From: Protoeuglena noctilucae
Taxonomy: Eukaryota
DNA length: 64,000 bases
Assembly (NCBI GenBank): GCA_958009085.1
Contig: OY253685.1
Coordinates: 434,001-498,000 of the forward strand
Direction of reading: 5' to 3'
Shown here: piece by piece, positions 26,548-37,584 of the stretch
Layout: every line of letters starts with the position of its first letter
Position numbering within the stretch: the first letter of the stretch is position 1
Made by a program: the position numbers and the translations under genes
The notes under the pieces: model-generated
Database searches by the model: none
Seen by the model: the letters and a program-made list of their open reading frames with translations, nothing else
Told to the model about the DNA's origin: nothing

Positions 26548-27852
26548 CTAGCTAGCTTGCCAACGCCACCAGGCGCTTAGATCAGTGGATGTGGCCATAG
26601 CAGGGACAGCTGAGTCAGTCCTTCTCGCCTTGTACATGACGGAGGTGATGTACTTGGACCGATACCTCCGCGTGAGGCCCAGGATGAGGGCGCGGTTGTG
26701 CTGGCTGCCCATGGCCTGCCGCTGGGCGTAGAGGTGCTGCAGGATCACGTGCTGTGGCCGGGGCAGCGAGGTGGTCGGGTCGAGGGCGGGCGGGACGTTG
26801 AGGAGCGTGAGGTGTAGGTGCTGGGGCAGCTGCGGGGCATCCTTCGCAAAGTCGTCTTGCGTTGGGAGAGGGCGGTTGTACGACTCGGGAGGAGACAGCG
26901 GGGGCTCGAATCCCTCGAGGCCGTCGAGGTTCTCTGGGACGAACTCGTGGACCTCGATGACGTTGTTGATGTTGCCCATCTCGTCGTACATGGCTGGCTG
27001 GTCGGGAGCGTACCGCCATACGCCATCCACTGCAGCCAAGGCCAGGGCTCGTGTAGGAGCGGGATCGACTTGGCGCATGCGTGTCTGCAAAAGGGTGGGA
27101 AAGACAGCGAGGCTGATCTTGAGCCAGCTCGCCTATGAACTTGTATTGGTAGACGCCGGGGGGGAGGAGTTTGACGATCGTGAAGTCCCGCCCGGAACGC
27201 TGCAGCGGCGTCCGCGAAGACCAGTTGTCGAACGAGCCCTCCACTTCCACATGCTGGCCCCCGTGCGCCTGCGGGGACGGGTCGCGGGCGCCCTCAAACG
27301 TGCCCGCGGCAGGCCCCGCGTTGTGCCACGGCCGCTGCCCCGCGCTTGCGCGTCGCCGCGCCCACCCACCCACACGATGACGGTCGGAACTAACATGGGC
27401 TGCGCGGGCCACCCCGATACGCCCTGGAACTCCACCGAAGGCCTGCGGGCGAAGCGTGCGCGCGATCTGCTTAAACTTCGGCATGAAGCTTTATTCCTCC
27501 ACTTACGCCCCCGATTGGACATGACTGTTCGATAATGGACCGACAGACGGCGCGGATGCCGCCACTGGCCGCGCAGCGGTGGGCGCTCGCCTGCCCGAAG
27601 CCGGCGAAAGGCCCCCAGCCGCGGTGGGGTCCATGGAGCCTTGGGGATTGAAAGACTGCGACAGCGGGAGCGATACGGTCAGTCTGGCTCGTGAGCCGCG
27701 TCACGAGCGATGGACGGCGAGCGGCGGGACCGCAGCCCCAGCCCCCGCACCATGGGCGAGCCTGCCAACGGCGACTGGCCCGGCGTGGGCACGCCCGACG
27801 TCTCCCCTCCGTCATGACCCCGTCCCGAGGCCCTCCCCGCCGTGTTTCCCAT
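26548..27852 (-). CDS. SnRK1/AMPK beta regulatory subunit
   Basis: N-terminal MGNT (myristoylation-type start). CBM48 domain [47 protein letters not shown] domain [39 protein letters not shown]. Confidence 0.95.
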
Positions 27853-28120
27853 CCTTGGCTCTCCGAGAGCAGAGTCGCAACCCCAAATGAGCCCAAGCTG
27901 CCGTTCGGCGCTTCGATGCAGGTGGTCGCTGTCAAAATAAACCAATTGGCACGCGACGGAGTGATGCTGACCAGGCCTGCGGGCTCCTTCCGGGCTTCTC
28001 GTCCAGTCTGACCTGACCACAGCTCTCCCGAAGCAAAAGCGGCGACTGAAATAGCCTGCCGCCTCATCGACATTTGCAGCTGTTGAGTCGTGGGAGACGG
28101 CGCTTGCTTTCGACGCCCCA

Positions 28121-28887
28121 ATGGTGGGCTCCTGGACTTTCCCGGAGTTCCACAGCTACCCTCCCTTTTACACGTGAGCTGATGGCTGGAGCAGCACTCC
28201 GCCTCATGGGGCGGTCGACCTGCCCAGGATGCGGGCACCCTGCCGTCGTGGGCCGGCCGCTTCCTCCTTGGCATGCCCCGTTGGCACCTTCGACGCCGAT
28301 TACCGGCGCTGGGAGGCACCGGGAGACTCCCGACACTCTCCATGCGACGCGCGGGACTGCGTTGTAACTGCACGTACGCCCCCTCGGCCCGCAGGTTGCA
28401 GCCGAACCCCGACAGTCGGCAGAAGCAGATTGCGCTTTGGAGTGACCTCGTGCTCGCGTACTGCCGGCAGCATCGCGTGATCACGCTCTCTGCCACGGGC
28501 CAAGAGGCGCCGGGCCTGTTTGAGAACCCCTCCGTCGCCCGGACGCTGGACGCCGCCGCGCGCGAGGCCGTCATCGACTCTCTCGTGGCCCAGAAGAGGG
28601 CGCGCTGGCTCCCCGCCGGCAAGAAGGCCCAGCCGCTGCGCGTGCTCGTGCTGTGGCGGTCTGTCGAGGACTGGGCCCAGGAGCTCCTGCGGTGGGCGCG
28701 GTCCGTGGGGCTGCAGGGCTCGGTCGAGTCGCTCGACGAGATCATCGACGGCGCCGCGTCCGCCGGCACGGAGCTGCACGGCATTGACCGGGAGCTACTC
28801 GTTCTCGCCATCCGTGCCCTCGAGTCCCGCGGCGCCGCGACGCTCTTCACGTCCGACGGGGGCGCCGAGGGCGTCAAGTTCGCCTGA
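28121..28887 (+). CDS. VPS25: ESCRT-II subunit VPS25
   Basis: [42 protein letters not shown]...GVKFA*, with the PPxY/F-TLQP start and GVKF end typical of the family. One intron, 28174-28394. Confidence 0.95.
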
Positions 28888-28961
28888 GTCGCACGCGGGC
28901 CGCGCGCACGGCCAAGCGCGGTCCGGGCGGAGCCCAGGCCTGCGACAGGCCCAGCCCCGCA

Positions 28962-31917
28962 ATGCCGAACGATGAGGCCACGACTCCGCCGGGGGACGAC
29001 GACCTCCCTCCCGCGCTGGCCTCGTCGGTCTTCGGGTCGCCCGCTGTGGACCGCTCCCCGCCGTACCTGGACGCGCGGCGGGGCTCTTTGGGGGACCTGG
29101 TTTCGGTGGGGGAGGCGTGCGCGGTGGGCACTCGGTGGGAGCAGTGGCGGCGCATCTACCCGTGCGCCCTCTCCTCGTTCCCCAACGGCCTCTCCTCCGC
29201 CCTGCAAGGGAAGCGGGTGGTGCTTTTCAGCGATTACGACGGCACCCTGGCCCCAATCGTCCGCGACCCCGACCAGGCACACATGTCCGAGCCGATGCGG
29301 CGCGTGCGTGAGTGGCCGCTCGCTGCCGCGCCATGGTGGCTACTGGGTCATTCTCTAGTCACTACCAGGCCCTGTGTAGTACACAGTGCGTGCTAGCACG
29401 CCTGCGCCTGTCTCTTTCGTGTGTCCACGCAATGAGGTGCCGTGTGGATGGACGCACTCGTGTTGCACCACACCACACCTCCCCGCTGCTCGTGTCCCTC
29501 CGCAGTCAACCTGGTGTCGCGTCTCTTCCCCACGGCCATCGTGTCGGGGCGCGCCAGGCACAAGGTCGAGGCGTTTGTGCAGTTGGACCACCTGATGTAC
29601 GCCGGGTCGCACGGCCTCGACATCGCGGCACCCACGATCGGAAACAACGGCGCCAAGGGTGAGGACGGTCACGCATTGGTTGCCCACGACTGCACGCATG
29701 CGCATCAACACATCCACACACTCCTGCGGACCTCGCCCTCTCTGCCGCGGCGTTCTTTGCGTTTCGTGACGCACTCGTCGCTTACCCTACCCCTAACACC
29801 ACCCCGCCCGCCCCCGCAGCGGCCCGCATGCTGTCGCACACGCCGGCGCAGCACTTTGCGCCTGTGATGGACGCCGTCTTTGAGGGGCTCCGGCAGCGCG
29901 TCAGCTCCGTGCCCGGGGCCGCGGTCGAGCACAACCAGTTCAGCGTGTCGGTGCACTTCCGCAACTGCGCCGAGGAGGCCTTCCCTGCAGTGCTGGCGGT
30001 GAGCATTGCTGCCAGCCACACCGTACGCATGCCCACTCCGCTGCTGCGTGGCGCCCACACAAGACGCGCTGCCTGCTGCCCCTTGCCTGGCCCTCTCAGC
30101 TCTCCGCTCAGCGCACCGCGTGCCGCTGTTCGCAGATTGTGGAGCAGGAGCTGCGCCAGCACAAGCACCTGCGCCTGTCGAGGGGGCGCAAGGTGATTGA
30201 GGTCCGCCCTGAGCTGGACTGGGACAAGGGGCGGGCGCTGCTCTACCTCCTGCGCCTGATGCAGCTCGAGGACGATCCCTGCGTGGTGCCCATTTATCTG
30301 GGCGACGATCGCACGGACGAGGACGCCTTCCGGGCCGTCGGGGAGCGCCGGGGGTACGGCCTGCTCGTGTCGTCGGTGGTGAAACCCACGGCCGCGCACT
30401 TTACGCTGCGGGAGCCGCGGGAGGTGGAGCAGTTCCTGCGGATGCTGGCAGAGGTGAGCCGCGCGTGGCGGGGATCGTCTGTGAAGCCACCTCACACGTG
30501 ACACGGCAGAGGCCTTGCGGACGTTTGGGGACCAAAGCGCATGTGACGCTGCCACCAGCGTGGCCCATTAGCGTGGTGCTTTACTAACTCGGTAATCGTC
30601 GCGCCGGTCGCAGTGGGGCATGGACGGGGACCGCAACCCGTGGCTGACGGGGGAGGGCCTCTTGGCCAGCATGGCAAGGGGGCAGGAGGTGACGGCCGCG
30701 ACGGCAGACCTGGTGCAAGGCCACGCGCCGCGGGGCGTACCTCGCGCCGTGAGCCATAGCGGGAGCGTCGCGGCGTCTATCGGGGGCGGGTCGACGACCG
30801 ACGGGTGGCTGGATGGGACGGGGGCGGCGTGGGGACTCTCAGCCGCAGCGGGGCCGTCCCTGCACGGCAGCATGGGATCTCTGGGCCTGGCTGCACATGC
30901 CGACAGGGAAGGGCAGGCGGGCGCGGGACCTGGCAGCTTTGGCGCGACGTGGTCAGGGCCGGTCGAGTCCACAACTGAGGGCTCTCTGTGGCGGCAGGGG
31001 TCGCTGGGGAATGGGGCGCAGAATGGGGCGGGGGCGCAGGCAGCGGGAGCTGCGCCGGAAGCTTCGGTGGGAATGGGGTCGCAAGAGGGTGGGCCCGAGA
31101 GCGCCAGCAGTTCATCGGACTTGGGTGAGTTGGATGTCTCACATGCGACGCATGCAATTGCACATGTGCTCTTAACACTTCACCGCATGCGCCAACCACC
31201 CCGTTTGTCTCGGCCGCCTTTGCAGTTGTGTTGTGGCGCCCGGGGTCGTCGGAGTCGATCGCGGCCCTGGCCGAATGCGTGCGGCAGGACGCGGCAGCCG
31301 CGCTCAAGGCGCCGCCAGCGACCGACACGCCCGGCTCGCCCACCTCGCACGCCAGCGCGGGGGCGGGGTATGGGGCGATCCCGGGTTCACCCCAGCCCCA
31401 GGTGGCCCAAAGTCCGGGGTTCCTGCAGGGCCTGGCTGCGAGTGACCGGCTGGGGGTGCCGGCCCCGTTACGCGCCGAGGGGTACGGGGTGGGCCCGTCC
31501 ACGAGCCGCCACCGCCTGGCCATGGCGTCCGCGCGGCGCAGCGCGGACTGGGGCGCGCGGCCGGTCAGCGACAAGGCGCAGACGGTGGGGGCGGAGGAGG
31601 CGGGGACGCCGGGGGTGTTGGGGTCCGCCACGTCGAGCTTGTGGGGCTCTGACGCGGCCGGGACGGCGGAGGGGAGCGAGGAGGGCGCGGGGCGGCGGCG
31701 GCAGAGTGCCTGGGCGGCGGGGAAGGGAGGCGGGCCGGGGGGAACGGGGTCAGCAGGGGGCAGTGGTGATGGGGGCGATGATGAGGACGGGCTAGCGCGC
31801 TCGGCCTCGGACACCGCGGGCCTGGAGATGTCCAGAGGGGTGTCGGGAGCTGGTCAGCGGGGAGTGTCTGTGGGACTGCGCAACACGCCCCGGCGCGCCC
31901 CGGGGCCTGTGGTATGA
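28962..31917 (+). CDS. TPP: Trehalose-6-phosphate phosphatase (HAD family) with a long low-complexity C-terminal extension
   Basis: Motifs [59 protein letters not shown] and [12 protein letters not shown]. Confidence 0.93.
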
Positions 31918-32124
31918 GGCGCTTGTCCTCATAGCACCATGGTGTGAGGCGCTTCTAGTGCCCAATAGTAGTTACTGGCTACGACCCGTGGACCTCAGTG
32001 GTTTGAATGGGGTCTTGGCGCACATTTGAACACACTCGGCGTCATTGGGATCGCCCGGCTGTCTCACGACCATGCAAAAAAGGGCGTAGATAGACAAGGA
32101 CACTTCGCAACGTGTCGTTGTCAT

Positions 32125-35100
32125 CTACCACATCTTCGCGCGCTGCCCTGGGGATCGCGCATGTCCCCGCCTCTGCTGCACCCACCGCTCCAGCGCCCGG
32201 GTGCCCAGAGCACAAGCCGTGTCTTGCGCCAGGTCCACCGCTGCGGCATGCGTGGCTGTCGACAACGCACTTGCCACCCGCTGCGACCACCACGCGTCAG
32301 GATCCGCACCGGCGTCCCCTGTGCGACTTCCCTTGTCCCGACCACCGCGATGGATCCGCAGCCAATCGCATGCCTCTGCCATCGCAGCGAGGCGCCCCTG
32401 CAGGGTAGACCACGCCTCCTGCGGATAACATCAAACAACAAAACCAAAATGGGGTCCAGTTGCGGTCCAAATGGGGTACATGTGGCTCAGTAACCACACA
32501 GCATGGTGTGCGCCTCACCAGCCTCTCCACCAACCCAGCGGGAGACTCTCTCTCAGGCTGCACGGACACCACCCTGGGCCAGCGACCCTCCCGGGATTCG
32601 ATCCTTTCCCCTGGCAGATCTTTTCCCATGGGACCTCCGCGTTCCAACCATGTCGTCTCCTTCCCCAGGTAACCAGCACCGCCACCGCCCCTTCCCACCC
32701 GCGTCTCCGCACCCGCCCCAGCGTTGTCAATGCCGCTCGCCCGCCCAGTCACAGCTCCAGTCGCGGCAACCCTCTTCTCCACTGCCACCACGCGCCCACG
32801 GCCTCCTCGCACCCCATCGTGCCCCGATGCCCCCACATCCCTGCCCCCTGCAGAGTCATCTCTACGCACCCCGCCCACATGTTCGTCGTCGTTCCCGTAT
32901 CCGTTGTCTGTCTTGTCTGCTTCAGGGGTAAGCCTGACGCGGCTCCCGCCAGTCACCGGCCGCACCACTGCCCCCACGTCTGCAACCTTGACTGCAGCGG
33001 CCAGCAGTGGCGCAGGAGCAGACCCCGACGATGCCACCAGAGCTGACGACACCCCGCGCGATGGCAGCGGCTTGCCGTGACCCATGGGAGTGGCGCAAGG
33101 GCTCTCAGACCCATCCCTTGGAGGGTCGACACGGTCGCTTCCCTCATTTAAGCCATCGCTGTCCCCACCACCATCCCGGCCCCCACTCTGCCCACTCCCA
33201 CTGTCAGCATGATGCACTTCGCTCCCACTGTCCCCACTCTCCCCGCCCCCATCGCCCTCACCCTCCCCACCACCTCGGCCCTCCCCCCCCTCACTCCCAC
33301 GCAGCCCATTCCTCGGAGTCTCATCACATGCATCGTCCGACTCTTTTGCACTCCCACGTCGTCGCGCCTGGTCCCATGGCCCCTCCTCTCCCAATGCACC
33401 CTCGCACTCCGCCAGTCGCGCCCCTGCCGTCCCCGTCTCTGTCGCACTGCTACGCTCCGCTCTGCGGTTACAGTGCGGGACCAGACATCTCAACACTCTC
33501 CTGAGCAGCACTCCCGAACAAAATTAACGTGCGCCCGCCAGCTGTCCCATGCCACGCCGGCCCCCACCTGCGCTGCTTGCGCAAAGCGCGTTTCTGGCGC
33601 TGACGCTCCGCGGCGGCGTCCGCCTCGGCTCTCTTGGCCTCTCGCTCCTGCGACCAGTGTGAATCGAAGCAAGCATCTCCCTCTGTGCCCGGCTGACGCC
33701 TGCCACACAACTTGCTGCCAAACCCTGCACAGCTCTGACCAGTTGTCTGCTGTGTACCGCATGCAGTCGACCCGTCTCTCACCTCTTCTGCGGCCATCAA
33801 TTCTTTGAAGGCTTCCTCTGCCCTCCTCGCCCTCTCTTCCTCATCTTCCTCTCCCGCATGCCCCCCTGCCACACCACCCTTCACGCCACCCCTCGCCCCG
33901 TCACCCCTGTCACCCTCGGCCAATTTTCCCTCTTTCTTGCTCCGCAGCCGCTCCCTCGCAGCCTCAATGCGGCTCTTCCGACTTGCAGATGGCTTCTTAC
34001 CGCCCCCATCCCCGTCCGCCAGCCCTCGCTCCCTCGCCCGCTCCCTCCCAGCCCCAAACGCCGTCGCCCACGCAGCGTCCAACGGAACGCCCCCCTCTGC
34101 CGTCACCCACGTCGCCTCTTGCGTGGTCACGGGCCCGGGCACCTCGTCAGCCACCCCAACGCCCTGCCCTCCCTCTTCTGCACTGCTACGCACCTCTACC
34201 CTCGCCAGCCGCAGCGACGGGGGCACGGCGCGCAGAGGGGGCAAGCGAGAAAGAGCGGAGGCGTGCGCATCGAGGGTCCCAGACGCAGCGAGGTCGTTGG
34301 GAAGGAGGGCCGCCTTGACGGGGAGGTGGACGGTGACGGAGAGGCGAGGCCCGCTGTCGGCTGAGGGGCCCCGAGTGATGCGCAAAGGGCGAAGGGAGTC
34401 GAGGAGGATCAAGGCCCGGGGCGGGGATGACCCTGGGCCCTTGCCCAGACACGCCAGCGATGTGGACACGACCTGGGCCAACGAATGGGCACCTTTGCTG
34501 GGCTGGCGCTGGTAGATGAGGGACTCCGCCTGCAGTCGCCACCAACAGGAGTAGTGGTAAAATGGTAGGGGCCATGCGAGGCATGGTGCACATGCGTTGC
34601 ACGCTGCGTGTGCGAGGGTGCAATGTGCACCTTGCAGCGGCTGCAGCGTGTATGCAGAGGTGTCACTGCGGAAACTAGCCATGCACCACGCAGCGCAGTG
34701 CCTCACCCAGGGTCCCATGAGAGCGTTGGTGAGGACGAGGCCGACATTGGGGAGGTGGTACTTGCTGGGCCCTTTGGAAGACTGGTCAGCTTTCAGCCAC
34801 GCGTCGAGGGAAGGGCCGACGTCGTGAGGCACGGCATCAGCAAACACCACGCCGCCCACCACGGCACACAAGAGGGCGAGCGAACCGTCGGGCCAGGGTG
34901 GGACGTCGTCCTTCGTGGGAGCGCGGCAGGCCTTCGGAATGCGGCACTCCAAAGAGACGGCCAGGCGCCGGACTGCGGGGGATTTGGCGCCGGGTTTGTC
35001 GATTAAAAAACTCCTTATCGATGAAACCATGTTGGCCGTCCATTGAGTGGGCGAGCCAGCCTGGATTCGCCGCCAATGCTTGGGCCCAGGTCACCTGGGC

Positions 35101-35440
35101 CTTTCCCAACCTCTGGTGATATTGTCAGGATGCCGCGGTCGCCGCCCGCCTTGACGTCTCCGCTCAGCCGCCCCTCGCGCACGTCGTCCACCGTCGCAGC
35201 GCACTTGGCGAAGACGAGGAGGCGCTCCCAGAAGTCGAGCGCCGTCCTCTCGGTGTCGACATCGTCCGCGGTTGAAGCTGAGCATTGTCGTGCGTCGCTC
35301 TGTGCGCAGGACGCGTCTGCAGGCACGCCCACAAAAACAGTGATGGCTGCAGTGTCCAGAGCGAGGGCCGCCAGCTTCCACGAAGGCTGCGGTGCAATTA
35401 ACGGACCTGTCATGTCACAGCCGGGCGACAGCGCCGGCAT
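32125..35440 (-). CDS. Hypothetical multi-exon protein with a charged coiled segment and a Gly/Glu/Asp-rich low-complexity region
   Basis: Long ORFs 33468-35030 and 32297-33511, plus a terminal exon EAWSTLQGRLAAMAEACDWL...*, joined by compatible splice sites. No family recognised. Confidence 0.55.
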
Positions 35441-35742
35441 CCTCGCTGGCCCCCTGGGTCATGCAAAGCCTTCAATGCACGGTGGCCTTGAAAACAGCCC
35501 CGATGCAATTATCCACAAGACATCCTGGCCAGCATCACTGTCGAACGTGATGCACCATTTCCGTTAGTCGAGGCGGGCAGGCAACGTGAAGAGGATCGTG
35601 CAGGTCAGTTTTTGCGCCAGTGTGGTGGCGCGTCGCTCTTGCTGCTGCTGATGGCGGGCCGTTCAGCCATTTCCTTCGACGCTTCCCATTTGCCCTACTG
35701 CTTGTCAAGCTTGCCAGGCCGCACTGGAGAACACGGGGACGG

Positions 35743-37315
35743 ATGGCGGAGGACCACGCGCGGGCCGTCGCCCGGATTGTGGTGGCGCAGATGGCCAGCG
35801 AATTGGACTTCGAGGTCATCCAAGACTCTGCTCTTGATGCGTTGGTGAGGCCAGCCTGCCGCGGTACCATCGCGGCGAGCAACGCGGCGGGTCGGAACTG
35901 CGTCACTGGGCTTTGGTCTCCCGCGCTCAACCGGCGTGCGATGCTGGGCCCCCGCAGTCGGACATACTCATCAAGTACATTGCGGAGGTCGGGGTGCTCG
36001 CGCACGACAATTGCGAGCACGCGGGGCGCAACGAGGTCAACCTGAACGACGTCCTCCCAGGCGAGGCCCTCGCCGTCCTGCTAAGCGCGCCCCGCCCGCC
36101 TGACTTTGTGCGCCGATGCAAAATGTGATGCATGATCGCAGCGCTGGAGGATCTGGGCGCCACGCCAGCGGACCTGTGGCGCTACTTCCGCGCGAACGAG
36201 GAGGTGCCGTTCGCGGCGCCGATCGCGCCGTTCCCAGTGCAGCGTCCCCGTCGAGTGCCGCCGTCGTTCGATTCGCGGGGAGAGGAGGCGCCGTCTCACG
36301 TCCCGTCGCACCTCCCCGCGTTCCCCGACACGCATACCCACCGCGCCACGCCCGTGCTTGCGCCGGGCGGCAGGGACGCGGCGGCCCGCCGCGCTGCGCT
36401 CGTCAAGGCCCGCCGTGCCGCGGAGCAGAGCCTGGCCGTGCAGGCACAGCAGCTGGCGAGCGCAGAGGGCACGGGGTCGCACCACCCGTTCCACCACTCG
36501 GTCACCTGGGAGGAGGCAGCCAAGGAAACCAGGCGCGTCCGGCGGCAGTATTACGTGTGCATGGACCATTGTTACTTGCGCACGACTCATGGCTGCATAC
36601 ATGTTCTTGCTAGTAGTAACTGAGCCACCGCGTCTGCAGGAGACCTGGGGCGGCCGGGGCAGCTGGGCTGACGGGCATGTCTGCGTTGGAGCTTTTCAAA
36701 GGCCTCCTCGACGCGAATGGCGACGGGGAGGGGCCCGAGGCGGGGCCCAGCGCGGCGCATGCCAGCGTGCAGGTGGCGCGAGGGGGTCAGTTTGGGGTGA
36801 TGGCGCCGAGTGGGCCGGCGGCACGGGGCATGCCCAACGCGGCGTCGGGTGACGGGCGGGATGCAGAGGGCGGTGCAGGGGCGTCTGAAGCAAACGGAGG
36901 GGCGGAGGACATGGATGTGGACCGGGACAGTGGGGGTGGCGGCGCGGATGGGGGTCAGGTGGGTTGGCATTGGCACAGCGATGGTGTGGTCATGGCAAGG
37001 CCGTGGCTGGACGTGGCGCTCTGTTGATACGCTCTGTCCTGGTCAGCAAGGCTAGGCTGTGCTGCCAATGTCACCTCCCTCTGTGCGGTGTGGCTGCAGC
37101 GGGGGGACGTGGCGTTGCCTCCACCAGCAGCGGCGGCTGCCGCGGACCGCCTGCGGTTCTCTCTGGATGCGGCGGCGGTGGCGGCGCGGCGGCGGCGGGT
37201 GGCGGCCGGGGCGCTGCCTCCCCCGCAGTTGGCGGAGTTCCAGGGTGTGCCCGAGAAGGACGCGCTGGAGGTGCTGGCCACGTGCCGGGAGCGCACCAGG
37301 GAGGAGCACGCGTGA
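35743..37315 (+). CDS. TAF8: TFIID subunit 8 (BTP/histone-fold plus TAF8 C-terminal domain)
   Basis: MAEDHARAVARIVVAQM..SALDAL|SDILIKYIAEVG..EHAGRNEVNLNDVL..LEDLG, then PSHVPSHLPAFPDTHTHRATP. Confidence 0.88.
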
Positions 37316-37584
37316 GCGAGTGTGAAGGAGCGCGCGTGAGGTAGCGAGGGAGGGGCACGCGTGAAGCATTGAGGGGGGCAGGAGCGCGCCTGAAGCAGTG
37401 AGGGAGGGGCATGCGGCTCTGGTGCATGGCCTCTGGCGAGGTTTGGCACAGCGTCGTCGCTGCTGTTGAAATGGACCTTTCTGAAAGTGCCGTGGGTTTC
37501 GTGGACGTCATTGACGCGCTAGAGAGCAACGTCGGTGACGCACAGTCCGATAGTTGTTCAATCGCACCGCGTGTCGAGCCCGTA

